Shown: piece after piece, positions 11,287 through 20,080 of the stretch
How the letters are laid out: the number at the start of each line of letters is the position of its first letter
Position numbering within the stretch: position 1 is the first letter of the stretch
Assembly (NCBI GenBank): GCA_046732855.1
Contig: JBKPNX010000003.1
Coordinates: 28,322 to 52,321 of the forward strand
From: Pseudomonadota bacterium
GTDB taxonomy: Bacteria; Pseudomonadota; Alphaproteobacteria; Geminicoccales; Geminicoccaceae
Direction: 5' to 3'
Length of the DNA: 24,000 nucleotides
Notes under the pieces: generated by a model
What the model saw: the letters and a program-made list of their open reading frames with translations, nothing else
Told to the model about the DNA's origin: nothing
The model's database searches: none
Program-made: the position numbers and the translations under genes

Positions 11287-11290
11287 GCAC

Positions 11291-13678
11291 CTAGCTCGGC
11301 GGGCCGGAAGCCTCCAGACGGAGGGTGCCGAGGGCCCCTTGCCGATAGCTCGCGCGGTCGCGCCCGATCGGCACCGTTCCCCCGGTCGCCCACAGTCGCG
11401 TCAAATCGCGATAGTGGCGTGACAACGGATTGCCCGACTGGCCGGTGGCGCTGACGAACCGCGACGCGTCGAGCTGCGCGAGGTCGTAGATGGCCCGATA
11501 GGTCGGGGCATGGGTGCTGGCGAACGGCCATCCCTGGTTAGAGGGATTGAAATGCCCGACGTCGACCGTGACGCTGTCGCCGCCAGTCGCCGCCTCGATG
11601 TCGAACAGCCGGCCGAGCAGGGGCTGGTTCGCGAACACCGGGTGGGTCATTCGCGCAACATGGGCGTCGCCCCACCGCCACGCGTCGGGATCGTCGCCGA
11701 AGCCGCGGCGCAGGTCGAGCAGCGCGGCGTCCAGCGCGGCCGCGGCGAGCCCGGCGCACGTCTCGATCGGCTGGGTGCGAATGTCGTCGCACCAGACCTG
11801 GCGCTTGGTCAAGACCCGCTCCATGAATTCCGGGCGCACGTGCCAGAACGCGTTGAACATGTCCCCCAGCTCGTCGGCGTAGATCAGGCGCGACAGCTCG
11901 CGATACCACGGGGCGAAGATCAGGGGCTCGGCGGCGTCCACGCGCATTACCCGGTCCCAGGCCTCGAGCCTGGCCATCGCGGCGGCCGCCGCGGCACCGC
12001 TCGGCTGCGCCGCCAGCATGACCGGCAGAAGGTCCTGCGCGAGTAACGACAGCTGGTCGGCCTGGATCGTGGCGAACTCGGTCGGCCCGAACGGAGGATG
12101 CCCGAGCAGCTGGCCAAGCCGGCGCGCCCGGTACGGCGCTTCCCAGTCGGCGGTCAGCAGGTAAGGGTAGTCTGGCGGCACGATCCGGTTGTTGGCGTTG
12201 AACAGGATTCCGTTCGCAGGATCGAGCGCTCGCGGCAGGGCATCGAACGGGACCCAACCCGTCCAGTCGTATTCGCCGGTCCATCCCGGCACCGGCCAAC
12301 GGCCGTCGCCGCGCTTGCGGATCGGCACGCGGCCCGGCGCGATGAAGCCGATGTGACCGGAGCCGTCGGCGTAGAGAATGTTCTGCATCGGGGCGCCGAC
12401 GTCGCGCAGCGCCGCAACGAACTCGCTCCAGTTGCGCGCCCGATCGATGCCGAGCAGCGCCCGGATCGCCAGATCGTCCTCGGCGGGCGCGCTCCAGGCG
12501 AGCGCGACCACCCGGTCCGCGCCGAACCTGGCTGCGGCGTCCGGCAACAGATCGGAGATGACCGGCCCGTGGCGGGTTGCGCGCACGCTGAGCGCCACCG
12601 GCGCGCCGCCGGCAACGTCGATGACCTCGTCGCGTACGGCGAACCGCGCCGAGCCGTCGGGTGTCAGATACCGGGTCGGATCCCCCGGATCAACCCGTTC
12701 GATGAACAGGTCCTGGGTGTCGGCGCCGGTGTTGGTGAAACCCCAAGCGATGCTGCCGTTGTGGCCGAGCACGACCGCGGGGACGCCCGGCAAGGTTGCC
12801 CCGACCAGCGCGAGCTCGGGCGTTTCGAGATGCGCGAGATACCAAACGCCGGGCGCCTGCAGGCGCAGATGCGGGTCGTTCGCGAGCAGGGCTCCGCCCG
12901 TGATCGAACGCGCCGGGCCGACCACCCAGGCATTCGAGCCGAGGCCGCCGGGCGGCGCCGACGGCAGCGCCGCGGCGAGCTGGTCCCACGGCAGACCGCG
13001 CGTCAGCTCGGCCAGGGTGACCGGCGCGTCTTCGGGATAGGTCGGCCAGAGGTCCGCGATCTGCTCCTTGGACAGGCGCCTGGCGAGGCGGACGCGCGCG
13101 AGCTCGTCGCGGTAGTTGGTGGCGAGATCGAGCGCCATCACCCGCAGCCAGACCAGGCTGTCGGCCGGCCGCCACGGCTCGACCTGGCCGTGGCGAAGGA
13201 TCAGGAACTCGGGCGGCAGCGGACCGGCGCGATGCGCGAGGAACGCGTTGACGCCGGCGGCGTAGGCCTCGAGCCAGGCAACGGTGTCCGGATCCAGCTG
13301 CGCGAGGCTCGCTTCTGCCTCGTGGTACAGACCCAGCGTGCGCATGAAGCGGTCGCTCGGCAGCGCCGCCGGGCCGAGGATCTCCGCGAGACGTCCGGCG
13401 CCAAGCCGCCGTTCGAACTCCATCTGCCAGAGCCGGTCCTGGGCATGGACGAACCCGAGCGCGAAGCTCGCATCGAGCAGACTGTCCGCCTCAATATGGG
13501 GGATCGCCCAGCGGTCGCGCACGATCGTCACCGGCGCCCCGAGCCCCGCCACCTCGATCGTGCCGTCGATCTGGGGCAACGACTGGCGTAACCACAAATA
13601 GCCGCCGGCCGCCACCGCGACGCTCAACAGTAGGAATCCGCCCAGAGTCCAGGCGAGCCAGCGCAGCAGCCGACGCAC
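11291..13678 (-). CDS. Penicillin acylase family protein (Ntn hydrolase, S45; AHL-acylase-like) with an N-terminal membrane anchor or signal
   Basis: - The family is large, at about 800 aa.
- The beta-subunit nucleophile context GGLGSNAWVVGP...LLANDPHL is present.
- There is a hydrophobic N-terminus (LLRWLAWTLGGFLLLSVAVAAGG).
- The start is set at in-frame GTG 13678, 1 nt after the HAD stop. The track start at 13804 would overlap the HAD gene by 125 nt. Confidence 0.85.
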   Translation of the reverse strand: MRRLLRWLAWTLGGFLLLSVAVAAGGYLWLRQSLPQIDGTIEVAGLGAPVTIVRDRWAIPHIEADSLLDASFALGFVHAQDRLWQMEFERRLGAGRLAEILGPAALPSDRFMRTLGLYHEAEASLAQLDPDTVAWLEAYAAGVNAFLAHRAGPLPPEFLILRHGQVEPWRPADSLVWLRVMALDLATNYRDELARVRLARRLSKEQIADLWPTYPEDAPVTLAELTRGLPWDQLAAALPSAPPGGLGSNAWVVGPARSITGGALLANDPHLRLQAPGVWYLAHLETPELALVGATLPGVPAVVLGHNGSIAWGFTNTGADTQDLFIERVDPGDPTRYLTPDGSARFAVRDEVIDVAGGAPVALSVRATRHGPVISDLLPDAAARFGADRVVALAWSAPAEDDLAIRALLGIDRARNWSEFVAALRDVGAPMQNILYADGSGHIGFIAPGRVPIRKRGDGRWPVPGWTGEYDWTGWVPFDALPRALDPANGILFNANNRIVPPDYPYLLTADWEAPYRARRLGQLLGHPPFGPTEFATIQADQLSLLAQDLLPVMLAAQPSGAAAAAAMARLEAWDRVMRVDAAEPLIFAPWYRELSRLIYADELGDMFNAFWHVRPEFMERVLTKRQVWCDDIRTQPIETCAGLAAAALDAALLDLRRGFGDDPDAWRWGDAHVARMTHPVFANQPLLGRLFDIEAATGGDSVTVDVGHFNPSNQGWPFASTHAPTYRAIYDLAQLDASRFVSATGQSGNPLSRHYRDLTRLWATGGTVPIGRDRASYRQGALGTLRLEASGPPS

Positions 13679-13679
13679 G

Positions 13680-14324
13680 TCAGCCGTGCTCGCGCCGGCC
13701 GGCCAGCAGACCTCTCCGGCCCAGCTCCTCGCGCAGTCGAGCGACCCCCACGAACGGGATCGCGTCGAACCCGAGGGTTCCTGCCGCCGCGACGTTCCGG
13801 GCATTGTCGTCGATGTAGATGCACTCTGCGGCGGCGCGGCCGATGCGCTCCAGCAGCAGCCGGAAGATCGCGGGATCGGGCTTGATCAGGCCGACTTCGG
13901 CGGAAACCAGAATGCTTTGAAACCAGTCGAGGAAGGCGAAACGCTCGCGGGCAAACGGGAAGGTCTCGGCCGACCAGTTGGTCAGCGCGTGCAGCTCGTA
14001 GCCGCCGCCCTTGAGCTCGGCAAGCAGCGCCACGGCGCCGTCGATCTCGCCCGCGATCATCTCGCCCCAGCGCGCGAAGTATGCCTCGATCATCGGGCGC
14101 TGCTCGGGGTGGCGCGCCGCCGCCTCCTCGATCGCCGCCGCGAAGCTGCGCCCGCGATCCTGCTCCTCGTTCCAGGCGGCATGGCAGACCTCGGCGAGAA
14201 ACCGCTCCATGGCGGTCTCGTCGTCGAACAGCTTGCGGTAGAGATGGCGCGGATTCCAGTCGATCAGCACGCCACCCAGATCGTACACGATGACCGGCCG
14301 CTTTCCGCCGCCCGTCCGCGCCAT
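13680..14324 (-). CDS. HAD-superfamily hydrolase (subfamily IA-like)
   Basis: Motif I context is VIVYDLGGVLIDW, followed by a cap region and a C-terminal IYIDDNARN (motif IV-like). The start is set at ATG 14324, preceded by GAGGTGG. The track start at 14441 adds 39 residues with no RBS. Confidence 0.8.
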   Translation of the reverse strand: MARTGGGKRPVIVYDLGGVLIDWNPRHLYRKLFDDETAMERFLAEVCHAAWNEEQDRGRSFAAAIEEAAARHPEQRPMIEAYFARWGEMIAGEIDGAVALLAELKGGGYELHALTNWSAETFPFARERFAFLDWFQSILVSAEVGLIKPDPAIFRLLLERIGRAAAECIYIDDNARNVAAAGTLGFDAIPFVGVARLREELGRRGLLAGRREHG

Positions 14325-14501
14325 GGCCACCTCGCGCTCTGCCCGACCGAGCGCGGACAATTGGCACAAGAGATCGACCGTGGGAACCCGAGGCTTGGCG
14401 AAACGCGCGGCGCGTCGTCGTTGCCAAGGGTAGTGAAGCAATTATAGTGACGGGAAATCCGGGCCCGTACGGGCTCGAGCGCATGCTGGAGGAGGCAAGC
14501 G

Positions 14502-15875
14502 ATGACCCGGCGCACCGAACAAGAATATCTGCTGCGGGCAGCATGGCGGCAGCAATTGCTGCGGGGCGAGATCGATCGGCGGCAGTTCCTCTCGCGCGCT
14601 CTGGTCGCCGGGCTGGGCATGGCGGGAGTGAGCGCGGCAGCCAGATTCGGCATGTCAACGGCGCTGGCGGCGCGGCCCCTCACCCCGACGTTCTATCAAT
14701 GGATCGAGGACCTGCATCCGAGTATTCCTCAGGTCAACGCCAAATTCCCCGGCCTCAATTATCAGATCGCGCCGGTCGAGGGATTTGGCATCGAACGGTT
14801 CGTCGCCGAAGCCAAGAACCGCGAAAGTACCTGGGACGTGTATGTCGGCATGACGCCGTTCGTCGAAATGTCCGCGATGATCGAGGCCGACGTCATCGAG
14901 CCGTGGGACAACTACATCCCGAAAGAGGTGATCGATGACATGATTCCCTCGATCCGGGAGGAATGCACGGTCGACGGCAAGATCTATAGCTGGCCGTTCC
15001 TGCTCGATGTGATCGGGATGGGCTGGCACTCGGGCCTGTCGGCGCAGGCCAAACTACCGGAAGCGCCGCCTGTCACCTGGGACGAGTATCTGCAGAACGC
15101 CAAAGCGGTCGTCGACTCGGGCGCGGCGCCCTTCGGAGCGACCTTCGACGCCCATGGCTGGCGCTCGCTCGCGCCCATGACCCACAGTCTCAGCACCGAC
15201 GTCTACACCGCCGACGGCCTGTTCGATTTCAGCAGCGATCCGGCGGTCGAAGCGCTGATGCTGATGAAGAAGATCATGGCGCTGTCGCACCCGGACATCC
15301 TGCTCGCCGGCACGACCGATGCTGGCGTGAACGGCACCCCGGACGAGATCGCGTTCGGCGCCCAGCGGGTCTGTTACTACACCAAGTATTTTAACTCGCC
15401 GCTGCGGTTTGCCCAGTATTGGGACGACCCGACCCTGCTGAAGCTTGCCCGCCAGCCCAAGTTCGCGAGCGGCGAGGGCTCGACCGTGTTCTGGACCACC
15501 GGCTCGTGCCTCCTGAAGTATGGTGAGAACAAGGAGCAGGCGGCGGAATACATCAAAGCCCTGACCTACGACCCCCAGATCTGGCACGACTCGATCGCCG
15601 GCACCGAGACCGCGCATCCGGGCCAGCTGCCGCCCTACAGCTCGATCTACGCCGACTGGGCTGCGAACCCGCCCGACTGGATGCCAGAGTTCGTCAGCCT
15701 GATCCGGGGTCAGCTCGACCAGGCCAAGGCGATCAGGAACCACCTCTTCGGGCACCAGCAGTTCGTGATCGGGCAGCCGGTGTGGGAAACCTACCTGAAG
15801 GGCGAGGAGCAGGACCCGCGCGTCGCGATGCAGAACGTGGTCGACGCCGTGCAGGCCGAGCTGAAGCGCGGCTAG
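14502..15875 (+). CDS. ABC transporter substrate-binding protein (family 1 / CUT1-like) with a twin-arginine signal
   Basis: The RBS is GGAGGAGG. The Tat motif is DRRQFLSRALVAGLGMAGVSAAA...ALAA. The size of 457 aa and the operon position ahead of two MalF/MalG-type permeases fit this call. Confidence 0.85.
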   Translation: MTRRTEQEYLLRAAWRQQLLRGEIDRRQFLSRALVAGLGMAGVSAAARFGMSTALAARPLTPTFYQWIEDLHPSIPQVNAKFPGLNYQIAPVEGFGIERFVAEAKNRESTWDVYVGMTPFVEMSAMIEADVIEPWDNYIPKEVIDDMIPSIREECTVDGKIYSWPFLLDVIGMGWHSGLSAQAKLPEAPPVTWDEYLQNAKAVVDSGAAPFGATFDAHGWRSLAPMTHSLSTDVYTADGLFDFSSDPAVEALMLMKKIMALSHPDILLAGTTDAGVNGTPDEIAFGAQRVCYYTKYFNSPLRFAQYWDDPTLLKLARQPKFASGEGSTVFWTTGSCLLKYGENKEQAAEYIKALTYDPQIWHDSIAGTETAHPGQLPPYSSIYADWAANPPDWMPEFVSLIRGQLDQAKAIRNHLFGHQQFVIGQPVWETYLKGEEQDPRVAMQNVVDAVQAELKRG

Positions 15876-15888
15876 CTCGAGGCGACAC

Positions 15889-15923
15889 GCAGCAGGAGCA
15901 TAGCGTCCGCGCGCTCCTGCTGC
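15889..15923 (+). terminator. Intercistronic hairpin after the binding-protein gene (attenuator or mRNA stabiliser)
   Basis: A perfect 11-bp stem (gcagcaggagc / gctcctgctgc) encloses a 13-nt loop. It starts 14 nt after the stop and is followed by ctgactttc. Confidence 0.45.
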
Positions 15924-15994
15924 CTGACTTTCGGCGCACCGCTCCACGCTGGTCCGCTTCCTGGCCAGGCATCGCGTCGCGGACGAGAAAAGTC

Positions 15995-16921
15995 GTGGCA
16001 CTAGCAGTACCTCGGTCGGCCGGACGGGAGCACGCGCAGCAGCAGATCAATACCTGGATCTTTCTGCTGCCGGCGATCGTCTTCTTCGTCTGGTATCAGG
16101 CCTATCCGATCATTCGGGTGGTCTGGATCAGCTTCACCGACTTCAAGTTTCTGAGCAAGGACCCCGCAAACTGGGTCGGCCTCGCCAACTACCTCGAGGC
16201 GCTGAACGATCCTTTGATGTGGACCAGCCTGGGGCGCGCGGCGTTGTTCACCGCGATGTTCCTGCCCGGCACGATCATCATCCCGCTGCTGGTCGCGATT
16301 CTGGTCGACCGGGTGCAGAACCAGCGTCTCGCCACCGTGTACCGGGTGATCCTGCTGATCCCGGCGGTCATCCCGAGCACGCTGGTCTTCGTGCTGTGGA
16401 AGTGGATGTACAATTACCAGACCGGCCCGATCAATCATTTCCTCGTCGATGTGCTCGGTCTGTTCACCTACCAGAACGCGCCGCAGTGGCTGGGCGGTAC
16501 GGCGCTGACCCTGCCCTCGATCGCGATCATGGAGGTCTGGTGGGGCCTCGGCTATCACAGCGTCTTCTTTCTCGCCGGCCTCGCCGCGATCCCGAAGGAA
16601 TTGCCGGAAGCGGCGCGGATCGATGGCGCCAACGAGTGGCAGGTGTTCTGGCACGTCACCCTGCCGCGCCTGCAGCCGATCATGATGATCCTGGTCGTGC
16701 TGCGCTTTGGCACCTCGATGGCGGTGATCGACGAGTACCTGATCTTCGGCGGCTTCAATCGCGACGCGCCGACCTACACCTGGACCATCTTCATGTACGA
16801 TCAGGCGTTCAAGACCGGCCTGTGGCGCCAGGGCTTCGCCGCCGCGATCGGCATGATCGGCGCGGCGGTAATGATGGCGTTCGTCGCGGTGCTGCTCTAC
16901 GTCTTCCGGCCGAAGGGCTGA
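15995..16921 (+). CDS. ABC transporter permease (MalF/UgpA-like)
   Basis: It has multiple TM segments and an EAA-type loop (AIPKELPEAARIDGANEWQVFWHVTLPRL). The start is set at in-frame GTG 15995. The track start at 15782 overlaps the binding-protein gene and encodes Arg-rich non-membrane sequence. Confidence 0.8.
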   Translation: MALAVPRSAGREHAQQQINTWIFLLPAIVFFVWYQAYPIIRVVWISFTDFKFLSKDPANWVGLANYLEALNDPLMWTSLGRAALFTAMFLPGTIIIPLLVAILVDRVQNQRLATVYRVILLIPAVIPSTLVFVLWKWMYNYQTGPINHFLVDVLGLFTYQNAPQWLGGTALTLPSIAIMEVWWGLGYHSVFFLAGLAAIPKELPEAARIDGANEWQVFWHVTLPRLQPIMMILVVLRFGTSMAVIDEYLIFGGFNRDAPTYTWTIFMYDQAFKTGLWRQGFAAAIGMIGAAVMMAFVAVLLYVFRPKG

Positions 16922-16926
16922 GGCCG

Positions 16927-17814
16927 ATGGGGCTGCAGGCGACCCACCCTGCCCTCGTCCAGGCGCGCCCGCGCGAGCGCTGGCTCGCGCGCCACCGCGC
17001 CGCGATTGTCCGCCACGCCGTGATCAACTTCTTCCTGCTGACGATCCTCCTGCCGCTCGCCTGGGTGCTGCTGCTCTCGATCAAGTCGCTGCCGGATTCG
17101 ATGGCCGGCCGGCTGTGGCCGCGCAACTTCGACTTCACCCATTACGCCTATGTGTTCGAGAAGATCTCCACCTTGCCGGTCAATCTGTTCAACAGCATCT
17201 ACGTCACCGCGGCGACCGTCGTGATCACCGTGTTCTGCGCGGTGCTCGCCGGCTATGCGCTCGTGCACCTGAAGCCGCGCGGCGGGCCGTTCATCATCGC
17301 GCTCTTGATCGCGTCCCTGTATTTCCCGACCCGGGTGGTCTCGATCATCACGATTTACGGCATCCAGGACTTCCTCGGCCTGATCAACAGCACGAGCGGG
17401 CTGATCCTGCCCTACATCACGCTCAATCTCGCGGTCAGCGTGCTGATCATGCGCAGCGTGTTCCAGCTGGTGCCGCACGAGCTCATGGACGCCGCCCACA
17501 TCGACGGCGCCGGGGTGTGGCGCACGCTGTGGATGGTCGGCCTGCCGCTCGTGCGCAACGGTCTCGTCGTGGTGATCATCGTCAACTTCGTGACCGCCTG
17601 GGGCGAGTATCTGCTGTGCACGACGCTGACCAATGATCAGGACGTGCGCACCATGCCGGTCGTGCTCGCCGCGGCGCAGGGCGGCATGGGCCAGTGGGCG
17701 TGGCCGCGCATCGCCGCGGTCTACTTGATCGTGGTCACGCCGGGGATCATCGCATTCGCCTTCGCCCAGCGCCTGTTCTTCAAGGGCCTGATGGAAGGCG
17801 TGCTCAAGGCGTGA
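16927..17814 (+). CDS. ABC transporter permease (MalG/UgpE-like)
   Basis: ATG 16927 lies 5 nt after the upstream stop. It has TM segments and an EAA loop (VPHELMDAAHIDGAGVWRTLWMVGLPL). The track ORF from 16219 is the same frame read through the upstream gene. Confidence 0.85.
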   Translation: MGLQATHPALVQARPRERWLARHRAAIVRHAVINFFLLTILLPLAWVLLLSIKSLPDSMAGRLWPRNFDFTHYAYVFEKISTLPVNLFNSIYVTAATVVITVFCAVLAGYALVHLKPRGGPFIIALLIASLYFPTRVVSIITIYGIQDFLGLINSTSGLILPYITLNLAVSVLIMRSVFQLVPHELMDAAHIDGAGVWRTLWMVGLPLVRNGLVVVIIVNFVTAWGEYLLCTTLTNDQDVRTMPVVLAAAQGGMGQWAWPRIAAVYLIVVTPGIIAFAFAQRLFFKGLMEGVLKA

Positions 17815-17999
17815 TGCACTCTGGGTTGAACCTTGCTGACGCTATGGAAGTCGATCGCGCGGTGGGCAAGCGATAGTTGCATCGCAATGCAAAAGCGATC
17901 ATACGAGCGGGCCAATCGCGAGCTACGACGCCAGGAAGATGAGTCCGGGGATCGTCGCTCCTGGTAGTAGGGGGGAGCCGACGAGGGAGAGAGAGTGCC

Positions 18000-19354
18000 A
18001 TGAAAATGAAACGCGATGAATTGACCGTCGAGCAGCTACTTGCCCTCTATGACAATCAAATGCTCAAAGCGAACCCGGAATACCAGCGGGGAATCGTCTG
18101 GAGCGTCGCGCAGAAGAAGAAGCTTATCGATTCACTTATGCGTGGCTATCCGTTGCCCTTGATCTACCTGCACCACATTAAACGCATCGTCGCCGGTGCT
18201 CAACGCGAAGATTTCGAGATCATCGACGGGCAGCAGCGAATCAATTCTTTGCACAAATTTCGTGAGCGAGCGCACAAGCTATTCGACCCTATTAAAGACA
18301 ATCAGGAAGGAAAGTTCCGAACTTCCTCAAGGCGCAACCCTGCCCCTGGGCAGGAAAGGATTTTTCGTCCCTGACCGACGAGTTAATCGCGCAGTTCTTA
18401 AACACCACGCTTGCGATCGCAAAAATTTATACGGACGATCCTAATGAGGTCCGAGACCGGTTTGTCAGGCTTCAAGCGGGGCTCGCGCTCAATGCGCAGG
18501 AAACGCGAGACGCATGACCCGGAGATTTCACGGATTTCATTTTGTGGCTCGGCGGCAAGCCGCAGGTGTCGCGATACCAGGGCCACCAGTTTTTCAAACG
18601 TGTGATGCGAATGAAGCCAGAATCGGACAGAGGAAAAACGCGGACTGTCGCCGCGCAGATCGCCTCGCTCTTTCTTTCACGAAGGGAATACGGTCCGGAT
18701 CATTTTATGGATATTAGTTCTGAGGCTCTCGACGTTTTCTATTACACCCACATAGATTTCGATAAGAGATCGACCGATGCGCAACGCCTCGTTTCCATCC
18801 TGGACAAACTTGAAGCATTGCTCGGCACTGGTGCGCACCCAAAACTGCGCAACCACGACGCTATACACCTTGTCCTTTTGGTAGATGCGCTTTGGGACGA
18901 CTATACCCGCTCCTGGGAGTCGACACTTCCCACAGCTCTGGACAAATTCTCAGCCGCGCTCGCGTCGGGGAAAGAGACCCGTTACGCCAGTTCACCGGAT
19001 GAATTCTGGCTGCGATACGGACAATGGACGAGAGTCAATTCCGATAGGGCGGAAACAATTCGTCGTCGGCACGCCTTCTATGCACAGAAGATGCTGGGTT
19101 TCCTTCAGCCTCTTCAGTTGAAGGACATGAAGCGGGTTTTTGGCCCTCTTGAACGGGAGATTATTTATTTCCGGGACAACAAACTGTGCGCCCAATGCAA
19201 GGCCATGGTGCCGTGGGATGAGGCCGAGATTCATCATATCAAAGAGCATCACGAGGGAGGGCAAACAATTCTCGGCAATGGGGTTGTAGTGCATAGGCAT
19301 TGTCACCCCAAAGGGGCGGCGGCCAAGGCATTCAGCGAAAGTCATAGGCACTAG
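18000..19354 (+). pseudogene. DUF262 (ParB-like nuclease) - HNH endonuclease gene, GmrSD/type IV restriction-like, disrupted
   Basis: - The RBS is GGGAGAGAGAG.
- The N-terminus carries DUF262 motifs (PEYQRGIVW, IIDGQQRINSL).
- The reading frame moves from frame 3 to frame 2 near 18315-18320 (..EGKF | PNFLKAQPCPWAGKDFSSLTDEL...FVRLQAGLALNAQETRDA).
- An in-frame TGA at 18515-18517 is followed in the same frame by PGDFTDFILWLGG.
- The C-terminus has an HNH motif (CAQC...EIHHIKEHHEGGQTILGNGVVVHRHCH).
- GC is visibly lower than in the flanks. Confidence 0.75.
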
Positions 19355-19438
19355 TCCGTGGCAGTTTTCTTGCTAACATAGCCTCCGGATCTGGTCTCGC
19401 ACTCTAGCATTACCCGAGCCAGCTGGGGCCCTCCGCAG

Positions 19439-19729
19439 CTATGCGGCCAGAGCGCGCCTTACTGCCTCCGGTTCGTGCTCGATCACCTTGAGCAGAATGC
19501 GCGCGGCGCCCTCGGGGCGACGGCGGCCCTGCTCCCAGCTCTGTACCGCGTCGAGACCGAAACCAAAGCTGGCGGCGAACTTCGACTGCGACATGCCGAG
19601 TTTGCGGCGCAGCGCCTTGACGTCGAAATCGGGCGGGACGTGGACGACGAGCTCCCCCTCGATCTCGCCGCGCAGGACCGCGCGCGCCTCCCGGATGCTC
19701 CCCAGGATCTTCTCACCGGCTGCGGACAT
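19439..19729 (-). CDS. XRE-type HTH antitoxin (HigA-like partner of a RelE/HigB-family toxin)
   Basis: The HTH is LRRKLGMSQSKFAASFGFGLDAVQSWEQGRRRP. It lies downstream of the toxin gene and overlaps it by 17 bp, in the toxin-first order seen in higBA. Confidence 0.8.
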   Translation of the reverse strand: MSAAGEKILGSIREARAVLRGEIEGELVVHVPPDFDVKALRRKLGMSQSKFAASFGFGLDAVQSWEQGRRRPEGAARILLKVIEHEPEAVRRALAA

Positions 19730-20000
19730 GGCGCATCGCTCCTCGACGGTAGTCCTCCACGAGTCCGGCGAGCTCGCGCTTGATCGCGTTCCGCTCGGCC
19801 TGCGTCAGATCGATCTTTTCACCCTTCGCAAACAGCGTGATCAGGAACACCGGCACCTCGGGGCCGCTGTAGAAGGTGATCACCCTGTAGCCGCCGCTCT
19901 TGCCCTTGCCGCGTCCCGCGAACCGCACCTTGCGCGCACCGCCAGTACCGGGGATCAGATCGCCTGCGGTAGGCGCCACGGCGATGCGATCGACGATCAT
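19713..20000 (-). CDS. RelE/ParE-superfamily (HigB-like) toxin, apparently N-terminally truncated
   Basis: The core AGDLIPGTGGARKVRFAGRGKGKSGGYRVITFY...VFLITLFAKGEKIDLTQAERN is typical of this toxin family. The conserved N-terminal segment (VVELPGFVAAVRNAGLSEREAQ) continues in-frame upstream to 20069. That segment is preceded by ATG (20075-20073) then TAG (20072-20070), and it contains no ATG, GTG or TTG. Confidence 0.7.
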   Translation of the reverse strand: MIVDRIAVAPTAGDLIPGTGGARKVRFAGRGKGKSGGYRVITFYSGPEVPVFLITLFAKGEKIDLTQAERNAIKRELAGLVEDYRRGAMRHVRSR

Positions 20001-20080
20001 CTGAGCTTCGCGCTCCGATAGTCCTGCATTGCGGACAGCAGCAACAAAGCCGGGCAGTTCGACGACCGCCTACATGCTCT

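Noticed and set aside
12098-13591. A 497-aa plus-strand ORF opposite the acylase gene
   Set aside because: It is an antisense shadow ORF. The minus-strand frame contains the Ntn-hydrolase nucleophile motif and family-length architecture.
13679-13804. The longer starts given in the ORF track for the acylase (13804), the HAD hydrolase (14441), permease 1 (15782), the FIST protein (8139) and the PRC-barrel protein (22122)
   Set aside because: The extensions overlap upstream genes or lack an RBS, and they encode Arg-rich sequence outside the conserved domains. Internal starts with an RBS or translational coupling fit better.
18515-18517. In-frame TGA in the DUF262-HNH gene as selenocysteine or programmed read-through
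   Set aside because: I could see no SECIS-like stem-loop immediately downstream. The local context (..RDA-x-PGDF..) fits a Trp codon (TGG to TGA). The same gene also carries a frameshift, so pseudogenisation is the simpler explanation.
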